Source: a virus | Taxonomy: Duplodnaviria; Caudoviricetes | Reading direction: 5' to 3' (one strand) | Virus record (IMG/VR): IMGVR_UViG_3300016471_000105 | Location: 1 to 24,499 of that record | DNA: 24,499 nt | Shown: one piece after another, positions 15,120 through 22,766 of the stretch | Layout: each line of letters opens with the position of its first letter | Position numbering within the stretch: position 1 is the stretch's first letter | Made by a program: the position numbers and the translations under genes | Notes under the pieces: model-generated | What the model saw: only the letters and a program-made list of their open reading frames with translations | The model's database searches: none | Told to the model about the DNA's origin: nothing

Positions 15120-15384
15120 GGCTTGCAGGCTCATCCCTTGTCAACATTGTGGGGCAGAAGACGGAACCGTTGTCGCTGCCCACAGAAATCAAGGCAAAGG
15201 CATGGGACTCAAGGTCTCTGATACTTTGGTCGCGTCTTTGTGTTTTAGGTGTCACATAGAATTAGATCAGGGCGCAAGACTGACAAAAGAAGAACGACGC
15301 GAACTCTGGAACGCAGCGCATCTCAAGACCCTACATACACTGATCGAACAAGGAATCTTAGGAGTGAAACGTGCAAAAAAGTGA
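15088..15384 (+). CDS. DUF1364/YbcO-like Zn-binding putative nuclease
   Basis: CQHCG, VVAAHRN, GKGMGLKVSD, LCFRCH. Confidence 0.78.
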   Translation: MTVYRDTKLLEACRLIPCQHCGAEDGTVVAAHRNQGKGMGLKVSDTLVASLCFRCHIELDQGARLTKEERRELWNAAHLKTLHTLIEQGILGVKRAKK

Positions 15385-15964
15385 AGAGTGGTTCAAACAA
15401 AGACTAGGCCATCTGACGGCCTCACGAGCATCAGACGCGATTGCAAAGCAAGGCACGGCTACAAGACGCAACTACGCTATCCAGCTCGTTACAGAGCGTC
15501 TCACGGGCTTACAAGTGGAATCCTTTACGAATACCGCGATGTTGTGGGGTACAGAACAAGAACCTGTTGCTAGGGCGGCTTATGAGGCCCATACGGGCGT
15601 TTTTGTAGAGCAGACAGGGTTTCATACGCACCCGACGATAAAATGGCTTGGAGCGTCTCCTGATGGCTTTGCAGGGGATGGTTTGATTGAGATCAAATGC
15701 CCCAACTCAAATACTCACGTTGACTATCTTCTTTCCGAGGAGGTTCCAACCAAATATAAAGCACAGATGCTGACACAAATGCTAGTCACCGGAAGGACTT
15801 GGTGCGACTTCGTAAGTTTCGACCCAAGGCTGCCAGATCACTTACAGTTATTCATTATTCGTTATGAACCAAGGGCAGAGGAACTCAAGAAAATACAGGT
15901 TGACCTTGAGGTTTTTCTGTCTGAGGTCGACATCATGGAGCAATCGCTATGTCAAAGGATATGA
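15371..15964 (+). CDS. YqaJ/lambda-exonuclease family recombinase nuclease
   Basis: EEWFKQRLGHLTAS, WGTEQEPVAR, GASPDG, IEIKCP, WCDFVSFDPR. Confidence 0.93.
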   Translation: MQKSEEWFKQRLGHLTASRASDAIAKQGTATRRNYAIQLVTERLTGLQVESFTNTAMLWGTEQEPVARAAYEAHTGVFVEQTGFHTHPTIKWLGASPDGFAGDGLIEIKCPNSNTHVDYLLSEEVPTKYKAQMLTQMLVTGRTWCDFVSFDPRLPDHLQLFIIRYEPRAEELKKIQVDLEVFLSEVDIMEQSLCQRI

Positions 15965-16158
15965 CCGGATCAATTTCAAAAAACAAGAAAAAGGAGAAAG
16001 ACTCTCATCCTGATTACCGAGGGTCTTGCACGATCAAGGGCGTTCAATACTGGGTCTCGTCATGGGTTAACGAGGGTTCTGACGGGAAATATTTAAGCCT
16101 TAAGTTTCAGCAGAAAGATGAGGTGAAAGTTGTTATTGATGATGATGTTCCGTTTTGA
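15949..16158 (+). CDS. Small DUF736-like/SSB-like protein with acidic DDDVPF tail
   Basis: HPDYRG..I.G..YWVSSW...GKYLSL motif; C-terminal IDDDVPF. Confidence 0.75.
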   Translation: MSKDMTGSISKNKKKEKDSHPDYRGSCTIKGVQYWVSSWVNEGSDGKYLSLKFQQKDEVKVVIDDDVPF

Positions 16159-16166
16159 GGACAAAG

Positions 16167-16376
16167 ATGCACACCAGCAAACATCAAGCTATGTTGCAAA
16201 AGGCACATAAACCAGGGGACGCTGCTAATCCAGATTTGGATCGGGCGATCAGAATTATTCAGGCTGAGAACCCGTCAGCGTTTCTTACACTCAAAGACTT
16301 GAAGAACCGGAGGTTTTTTCACGAGCCAAGACCAGGGACGTTGTTTTTTAGTGCAAAACATGGCTGGGTGGACTGA
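16167..16376 (+). CDS. Hypothetical protein
   Basis: GAGGA RBS before ATG 16167. Confidence 0.65.
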   Translation: MHTSKHQAMLQKAHKPGDAANPDLDRAIRIIQAENPSAFLTLKDLKNRRFFHEPRPGTLFFSAKHGWVD

Positions 16377-16599
16377 CATCATTTTAGCTGTCAAAACATC
16401 TGATCTGAAAGAAATAGAGGCAGCGTATCAAAGGGCGCTGCCTTTTGTCATTCAAGGCTGGGCAAAATTGATGGTCGGCTTAAGCAGAGAAAAACAATTA
16501 GCCGTCTACCGACGAATCTTACGCACTCACGGAGAGAGAACCGCGGAAATGCTTAGGGTTGAGATTGGCACAATGAAACGTAAGCCTGCAAGCCACTAA
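16360..16599 (+). CDS. Hypothetical protein
   Basis: ATG 16360 overlapping previous stop; last gene of plus-strand operon. Confidence 0.6.
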   Translation: MAGWTDIILAVKTSDLKEIEAAYQRALPFVIQGWAKLMVGLSREKQLAVYRRILRTHGERTAEMLRVEIGTMKRKPASH

Positions 16600-17023
16600 G
16601 TTTATTTACTACCTCGTCAGCTTCTCGCGCCATTCCAACAAGAGTTTCTGAACACGCTCTGAAAAGAGCGCGTTCTGTTTCTCCATCAACTCCACAGGAG
16701 GTGGTGGAATCTGCGGCGGTTTTACTTCGGGCGGCAAGTTCGTGGCGCAGCTCGTCAAGCTGAATAAGATTATTGGTAGCAACAGCCGCTGTTTTACGTT
16801 TCGACTCCACATAGCGCACCTCGATTTTCTGCCTGTCTTGGTTTAGTTGCTGTTCGATCTCTCGATTCTTAGCCTCTGCCTCCGCGAGCTTTTTAGATTG
16901 CTCTGCAATGGCCTCATCGAACTTTCGCTTGCCTGTGTCTCTTCCGGAGAAATAAGCGTAAACATGAGTTCCTGCTAGGACCAAGCAGACAATGATCGCA
17001 ATGAGTTCCTGCCTAAAGATCAT
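16553..17023 (-). CDS. Rz: Inner-membrane spanin (Rz-like)
   Basis: N-terminal TM helix, coiled coil, C-terminal Cys residues; ATGA-coupled to endolysin. Confidence 0.85.
   Translation of the reverse strand: MIFRQELIAIIVCLVLAGTHVYAYFSGRDTGKRKFDEAIAEQSKKLAEAEAKNREIEQQLNQDRQKIEVRYVESKRKTAAVATNNLIQLDELRHELAARSKTAADSTTSCGVDGETERALFRACSETLVGMAREADEVVNKLSGLQAYVSLCQSQP
16609..16812 (-). CDS. Rz1: Outer-membrane spanin lipoprotein embedded in Rz
   Basis: Signal peptide with lipobox LTSC followed by Pro-rich stretch; fully nested in alternate frame; GAGG RBS. Confidence 0.85.
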   Translation of the reverse strand: MWSRNVKQRLLLPIILFSLTSCATNLPPEVKPPQIPPPPVELMEKQNALFSERVQKLLLEWREKLTR

Positions 17024-17481
17024 GTTCGTTTACCAGTGCATTGTTGGTACTCAGCCTGCCGTCTTTTGGTCAAGCCTGGCAGGGTCTTGCCTTGGAACTG
17101 ATCCCATCTTAACAACTCTGCACAAGCGCCCTCGTAGTCGCCAGCCTTAAGTTTCTTGACCAAAGTCGATTTGCAGGCCGCGCTCGGACCTACGTTGTAG
17201 GCCCAAGAAACAATAGCATCCCATTCGTATTGATGCATCTCGACATCAATGCAAGCCTTTAGTTCTTTCTCTATATTGTGAACGTGCTCTCCTAAACGAA
17301 TCACCGCTCGCACAGGATCGGTTTTGTCGGTTGGTTTCACATTGGTTGCGTCACCAAACCCGATGGTTAGCCGGTCACCTTTGACAGGAATGATCGGTTT
17401 TTCGCTGTACCCTTCGTGAACCGCTATGCCAATCAGCGCAGCAGCAGACAAAGACAGCGCAGCTAAATTACGTCGGAACAC
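17020..17481 (-). CDS. Endolysin, GH24 lysozyme, probably SAR type
   Basis: Ala-rich weakly hydrophobic N-terminus before catalytic EG; TIGFG, SWAYNVG, LPGLTKRRQAE; GAGG RBS before GTG 17481. Confidence 0.9.
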   Translation of the reverse strand: MFRRNLAALSLSAAALIGIAVHEGYSEKPIIPVKGDRLTIGFGDATNVKPTDKTDPVRAVIRLGEHVHNIEKELKACIDVEMHQYEWDAIVSWAYNVGPSAACKSTLVKKLKAGDYEGACAELLRWDQFQGKTLPGLTKRRQAEYQQCTGKRT

Positions 17482-18409
17482 GTTCACCTCTGAAATAAGG
17501 CTGCCCCTCAATCACCTCGCAAAGCTCAGGCGGCAACAAAATATTATCCTCAAACTTTAATACCGCAAATCCAGAGCACCAGGGGACGGGGTTGTCCTCT
17601 AAATATCGAAACGAAATATTATTTGGATCAGCAAGCATTCCTGTCGAGATGCCATATCGCCTTCCTCGATAGTCGCCCCAACCTTTGACTTCCAACAAAT
17701 GCGTATGCCCATTGCAAGTTGAAATTCCCGACTTTAAAACCGAGTTGTATCCTGAGTGAATGCCTGAGTGTTGGAATCGGTGTTTAATCATGCAGACATC
17801 ATTGACCATCACGGACCAACTCGTCATCCATTCAGGGAGATGGTCTTTCAGTGATGTTCCCGCAATTCCTCGGTATTCGGGCACAGATCCCGCAAGTTTA
17901 CGGTCAAATCTAAGATCGTGGTTTCCGATGGTACGGTGCAAAATTGTCCCAAAACCCTTGCAGGCTTTTGCAATGTTGTCCATAAAAAATTGCACGGCCT
18001 CAAGCTCATCTTTCAAACTGGTTTGCGGGGTCCAATCAGTAGGCCCAAATTTCGATATGCTGCCAGCATCAAGGATATCGCCGTTTGCAATAACTGCCTT
18101 TGGTTTGACTTTTTTTATGACTGTGAGCAGTGCTTCAAATGCTGGAGATACATCACCTGGCTGAAAGTGAGCATCAGAAAAAACCACGACATAGCCGTTG
18201 ATGTCCATAATTGACCGGATGCGATCATGTTCTATTTTTATGGCGGTTTGATCCGCTTGTAGAACGATTCCGTGTCGAGCTTCTATGGATCGACGCCGGA
18301 CATAGATTGCTCTGAGGTTGAATTTGAGGTGATCGGCTATTTTTTGTGGACTTTTAAATCGATCCCACAACTCAATGAACTCCTGATCCGTTATCAGAGT
18401 TGCCATCAT
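17468..18409 (-). CDS. Calcineurin-like metallophosphoesterase with N-terminal HTH-like segment
   Basis: SDAH, GDILD, GNHD, H, GHTH motifs. Confidence 0.88.
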   Translation of the reverse strand: MMATLITDQEFIELWDRFKSPQKIADHLKFNLRAIYVRRRSIEARHGIVLQADQTAIKIEHDRIRSIMDINGYVVVFSDAHFQPGDVSPAFEALLTVIKKVKPKAVIANGDILDAGSISKFGPTDWTPQTSLKDELEAVQFFMDNIAKACKGFGTILHRTIGNHDLRFDRKLAGSVPEYRGIAGTSLKDHLPEWMTSWSVMVNDVCMIKHRFQHSGIHSGYNSVLKSGISTCNGHTHLLEVKGWGDYRGRRYGISTGMLADPNNISFRYLEDNPVPWCSGFAVLKFEDNILLPPELCEVIEGQPYFRGERVPT

Positions 18410-18599
18410 TTGCCCCTTTTGCGGCTCGATACCATTTCCAGATCAGCCAGCCGGATTGAAGCACAATATAGAGCAATGTCGCAAGCGCCACCCATTCATT
18501 TAGTGTCAATCCACCAACAGTTACCGCGGTCGTAATTGCGACAGGAGGAGTTGCTCTCGTTAACTCTGAAACGATATCGCTCTTTTGTTCCGGTGTCAT
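18372..18599 (-). CDS. Holin (class II-like)
   Basis: 75 aa, one or two hydrophobic segments, basic WKWYR after TM; head of lysis cassette. Confidence 0.72.
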   Translation of the reverse strand: MTPEQKSDIVSELTRATPPVAITTAVTVGGLTLNEWVALATLLYIVLQSGWLIWKWYRAAKGANDGNSDNGSGVH

Positions 18600-18614
18600 G
18601 CCAAAACTTTCACA

Positions 18615-18983
18615 TCAAAAAGAATTGTTAATCACAACCCAATTGACTGCTTCTTCATCCCACGAATACATCTTGCCGTCTGTAGGCATCGCCACCGGAG
18701 CTTCCCACTGCGCAGCAGCGTTTAACAACCAACTAGCAAAGGGCTTAGGCGGCACAAACGCATCAATATCTGCTTGGTAGGTGTAGCCAATCCCTGCGTA
18801 GTTCTTACGCATATTGCCGTTGTAGCTTGTCTGCTTCCATACACCACCAAGAATCTTTTCAAGATGTGCAGCACCGATGTGTTCTTTCTCCACACCAAAC
18901 GCATCAGCGGTATCTTTGTTGTCTACCACAACAACCTGCGTGACGATGTTGTTTTCATCCAATTTACAAAAATGAGCCATCAT
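18615..18983 (-). CDS. Tail-fibre-associated protein (assembly/chaperone-like)
   Basis: MAHFCKLDENNIVTQVVVV, WKQTSYN..RKNYAGIGYTY, WEAPVAMP...YSWDE motifs typical of genes following Gly-rich fibres. Confidence 0.7.
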   Translation of the reverse strand: MMAHFCKLDENNIVTQVVVVDNKDTADAFGVEKEHIGAAHLEKILGGVWKQTSYNGNMRKNYAGIGYTYQADIDAFVPPKPFASWLLNAAAQWEAPVAMPTDGKMYSWDEEAVNWVVINNSF

Positions 18984-19447
18984 TAACCTCTTGCAAATAT
19001 TCCGTGAAATTTGTGTCTTGCCTCAATTGCAACCAATTCAGCGAATTCAATGTCTTCAAAATAACCTATCAATTTGCGTTTTTTATCAACCGTTATTTGG
19101 ACGCTCCATTTTTTGCATCCTTTGTCAAAATAAACGTTTTTTATTCCTGATTTATTGTTGGCATGAACCCTTCGGTTTAAACAATTTTGGCTTTGCGTAA
19201 CGTCTCGCAAATTTTCAATTCTATTGTCAGACCGGTCATTGTTTGCATGATCTGTTATTTTGGGAAGATATCCGTGGTGGTACAAAAATACAAGCCGATG
19301 TAGCGGATAGACTTTCCCATCGACACGCATCCTAATATACCTATGGCCGCCCTTTATAGGCGTAAATTTTGGTTGATAGCCTTGCTTTGCATACAGAAAC
19401 CCATCACGATACTCAAACAACTCTTTTAGGCGTTCTTGAGTAACCAT
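18983..19447 (-). mobile_element. Free-standing HNH endonuclease with AP2-like domain (putative homing endonuclease)
   Basis: HRLVF, DHANNDRSDNRIENLR, SGIKNVYF..KKWSVQI..IGYF; visibly AT-richer than flanks. Confidence 0.88.
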
Positions 19448-20050
19448 CTAAGCCTCCAGCTTGAGTCCGGTTAAATCCATTTCTTCCCCGACAACTCCCA
19501 CGGGAAAGGTGTTAAACGATAGTGAGATTCTTGTGTCCTCGCCCTTTATTTCTGGAACCATATGCGTCAGTGACGAAGGAAAGAGAATCAGCCTGCCAGC
19601 ATAAGCCTCAAACCACCAACTCTCACTGTTATACGGGTTCCACTGGTCAGGAGGAAACTTGATCTGCTGCCAGCCGTCTTTGTAGAAGTAAATCCTGTCA
19701 TCAGGGTTGGTCTGCACGTAGAACACACCTGAGATGTAACTATTAGGATGAGCGTGTTTGTGGTGATACTGACCTTGCTCTGAATAGTTGCACCAGCTTT
19801 GCGTCACTCTCAGGCTTACATTGTGCTTAGGATTGACTGTGGACTTGAAGTATTCCGAAACAGCATCCTCGATGAATGAGCGCAGGGACGTTAAAGCTGG
19901 GTCACGCAAGACAAAGTTGTTCGTGCTTGTGGTGTTGCCCATATTAGGACGTGTTTCAAGCTCACGGATGAAGAACAGTTCCTCATCTGACAAGGGGCGA
20001 CCTAACTCAGCAAAGCCTACAGGAGTTGGAAACAGATTATGCAATTGCAC
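19448..20050 (-). CDS. 2OG-Fe(II) oxygenase (TIGR02466-like)
   Basis: LFPTPV, HAHPNSYISGVFYV, LILFPSSLTHMV, RISLSFN; likely GTG start 20050 after GAGGA (TTG 20056 alternative). Confidence 0.88.
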   Translation of the reverse strand: MQLHNLFPTPVGFAELGRPLSDEELFFIRELETRPNMGNTTSTNNFVLRDPALTSLRSFIEDAVSEYFKSTVNPKHNVSLRVTQSWCNYSEQGQYHHKHAHPNSYISGVFYVQTNPDDRIYFYKDGWQQIKFPPDQWNPYNSESWWFEAYAGRLILFPSSLTHMVPEIKGEDTRISLSFNTFPVGVVGEEMDLTGLKLEA

Positions 20051-20291
20051 GTTCAAATTCCTCTTTGGCTACGCCCATCTCTTTCAGTTGCTCGTCGGTG
20101 TAGATTGTTGGGATGCTGTCCTCAAACTCTCTGATCTTGTCAATAACCCAATACACTTCTTCAATGCTTGGGCATGGCCGTGGATCATCCCACCGAGTAA
20201 AGACGTTGTTTGATATTTCCCACTTTGCACCTGGACGAAGCAAGTGCATTGCTGTGTCAATCCCCAAAAACCTAAATACCTTTGTTGTCAT
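20037..20291 (-). CDS. XkdW-like small tail-associated protein
   Basis: AMHLLRPGAKWEI...WDDPRPCPS motif; GAGG RBS; follows adhesin gene. Confidence 0.65.
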   Translation of the reverse strand: MTTKVFRFLGIDTAMHLLRPGAKWEISNNVFTRWDDPRPCPSIEEVYWVIDKIREFEDSIPTIYTDEQLKEMGVAKEEFERAIA

Positions 20292-20299
20292 AGACCCTC

Positions 20300-21961
20300 T
20301 TATTGATTTATTTTTATGATGACGATACCGGAGCCGCCGTTGCCTCCACTGCCGCCAACCCCAGTACTACTAACAGCTCCGCCGCCTCCACCACCAGTAT
20401 TAGCAGTTCCCGCAACACCACTGCTTCCAGCCGTTGGGCCAGCAGCGCCACCACCGCCACTACCACCGGCACCGCCACTGGTACTGTTACAAACACCACC
20501 GCCACCGCCGCCAGCATAGGTAACTGATGATCCAGAAATAGATGATGATTGACCGGCACCACCAACACCACCTGTAGTAGTTGTTCCATTACCTCCAACG
20601 GCTCCAGCACCACCTCCGCCACCAGCACCCCAGTTTGGCCCACTGTATATTCCAGTACCACCGTTATTGCCTTGAGATGGTGATGTATTGGGTGAATTAC
20701 CTGAACCTACTGTCCCATTTCCTGATGCCCCACTACCTGACCCACCAGCTTGACCATTAAAGTTTCCATCAGTTGCACCACCCCCACCGCCATAAGATTT
20801 AAAGGTATTTGTACCCGCACCAGACGGGCTTTCTGTAATAGGTGAGCCAGCTATAGACGAATCGCTACCTAACGAACCTCTTGATCCAACACCACCACCA
20901 TTACCACCACCTCCAACAGTAATTGTGTAATTGGTTCCTGCGCTAACAGATAACCCCGTCCCAGTTCTAAATCCGCCAGCACCACCTCCAGAGGCAGTCG
21001 TACCGTTTGCACCAATACCACCACCCCCACCACCACCCGCAACCACAAGATAGTCAACACTGGTAACACCTGTCGGGCATTTCCAAGTGGTCGTTCCTTT
21101 GAACGTAAATACGGTTTGGGATGCTACGGTGTACTTGAGGATAACAATGCCGGAGCCGCCTGTGCCGCCATTTCCATTTCGGCTACCACCACCGCCGCCA
21201 CCGCCGGTATTTGTTGTGCCGCTAGTACCTGCGCTACCACTACCGCCGCCAGCGCCACCACCGCCAGAGCCACCTGCTCCACCAGTATAGTATTGACCAC
21301 CGCCACCGCCGCCTGCGTAAGTCGTGCTGGTTCCAGAAATAGAGGAAGTTGCGCCAGCACCTCCAGCCCCTCCTACACTTAAAACTGGTGTGGCGGCAGA
21401 AGGAGCACCATTACCACCAGCGCCGCCGCCTCCGCCGCCTACGCTTGCTTGCTGACCTACACCACCGTTATTTCCTTGCGATGGTGTTACTGCTGGGGTA
21501 TTTCCTAACCCACCAGCGGCGCCTCCTACTGTTCCAGATCCACCACCGCCACCAGAACCGCCGTTGCCGCCAGCCGTGTCTATCTTTCCGCCGTAACCAC
21601 CGCCTGCGGAAGTAATTGTGGAAAACACAGAGTTAGAACCAACTGTGCCATTGGTGTCTGATGTGGAAGCGCCAGCACCACCACTACCTACAGTTACTGT
21701 GTAATCAGTTCCAGCGGTAACACTTAAACCAGTTCCAGTTCTGAATCCACCAGCACCGCCTCCACCCCCGCCTTCGCTATTACCCGCTAGTGACGTTCTG
21801 GCACCACCCCCGCCACCAGCCACAACCAAATACTCAACCTCTGTAACACCAGCAGGGCAAGTCCACGTAGAGGTAGCTGTAAAGGTTTGGATGACGGTGT
21901 AGCCACCACCGCCGCCTCCACCAAACGTGGAGCCAAGCAAAGAAAGAAGAATGCCTGTCAT
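20300..21961 (-). CDS. Glycine-rich adhesin/receptor-binding protein with two tandem Gly-rich domains
   Basis: Two copies of TF..T.TW.CP.GVT.V.YLVVAGGGGG...GGSGIVI; start moved to ATG 21961 (ATGA overlap). Confidence 0.82.
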   Translation of the reverse strand: MTGILLSLLGSTFGGGGGGGYTVIQTFTATSTWTCPAGVTEVEYLVVAGGGGGARTSLAGNSEGGGGGGAGGFRTGTGLSVTAGTDYTVTVGSGGAGASTSDTNGTVGSNSVFSTITSAGGGYGGKIDTAGGNGGSGGGGGSGTVGGAAGGLGNTPAVTPSQGNNGGVGQQASVGGGGGGAGGNGAPSAATPVLSVGGAGGAGATSSISGTSTTYAGGGGGGQYYTGGAGGSGGGGAGGGSGSAGTSGTTNTGGGGGGGSRNGNGGTGGSGIVILKYTVASQTVFTFKGTTTWKCPTGVTSVDYLVVAGGGGGGGIGANGTTASGGGAGGFRTGTGLSVSAGTNYTITVGGGGNGGGVGSRGSLGSDSSIAGSPITESPSGAGTNTFKSYGGGGGATDGNFNGQAGGSGSGASGNGTVGSGNSPNTSPSQGNNGGTGIYSGPNWGAGGGGGAGAVGGNGTTTTGGVGGAGQSSSISGSSVTYAGGGGGGVCNSTSGGAGGSGGGGAAGPTAGSSGVAGTANTGGGGGGAVSSTGVGGSGGNGGSGIVIIKINQ

Positions 21962-22755
21962 GATACGTTTCCAGATACAACGCAAGCTGTTGCGCTATAG
22001 AACAAAACCGTTGCCACACCTCGTGTAGCAAGCGTCATGGATGTTTTGATGGTGTCTGTACCAGCAATGTAAGCGGTAGGCGCAGAACAGGTAATCGTAA
22101 TGCTGCCCGAGGTGTTGTTGAACAGACTGATAACATCGCCCTCAGCAAATGTGCTTGTTGGGATCGTAATTGACCCACCTGAACCTATCTGCACATATTT
22201 GCCCACATCACCAACGGCTAGTTGATAACTTGAAGTTTTTGTGCCAACGGCTGGGACGTTCCTAAACCCAACCGTAAACGACTCATCAGGAAACGTAGCC
22301 GTTCTGTTTGCCGTCAATGTCGTTGGCGTAAGCGTCACCGCATACGAACTTGTGCCGCCTGCTCTACCTGCTACAACAACGGCATCTTGAGTGCTTGCTG
22401 CTTCAGACCTAACCGCATTAGCTGCTCGAAATGTTTGTGCAGCGGTAAACGTATTAGATGCACCTGTAGCCGCTGCGCCGAGCGTGTTATAGCTCAAGGT
22501 ACGCGCTGCTGAACCGTTGAACGTGGTTCCTGATGCGTCACCAGAACCAGCGTTATTCATGGTCAACGCATTAGTGGTTGTACCTCCACCGACGGTAGTA
22601 AACGTCAGGTTGCCTGAACCATCCGTTGTAATGGCTTGGCCTGAAGTGCCGTCTGTTGCAGGAAGCGTCAGCGTCGTGGTTGATGATGTATTGGCTGATT
22701 GCAGTGTCAGTGACCCTGCCCCCGATGTATTGCCTTTGATAATTAAAGCAGACAT
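21958..22755 (-). CDS. Tail fibre segment protein
   Basis: Thr/Gly/Ser/Ala-rich; TLTLPATDGTSGQAITTDGSGNLTF motif; shares a repeat module with upstream fibre; GAGGA RBS. Confidence 0.8.
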   Translation of the reverse strand: MSALIIKGNTSGAGSLTLQSANTSSTTTLTLPATDGTSGQAITTDGSGNLTFTTVGGGTTTNALTMNNAGSGDASGTTFNGSAARTLSYNTLGAAATGASNTFTAAQTFRAANAVRSEAASTQDAVVVAGRAGGTSSYAVTLTPTTLTANRTATFPDESFTVGFRNVPAVGTKTSSYQLAVGDVGKYVQIGSGGSITIPTSTFAEGDVISLFNNTSGSITITCSAPTAYIAGTDTIKTSMTLATRGVATVLFYSATACVVSGNVS

Positions 22756-22766
22756 ATAATCCTCGT

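Noticed and set aside
18983-19447. Group I intron around the HNH gene
   Set aside because: No non-coding flanks for a ribozyme core; both neighbouring genes are intact
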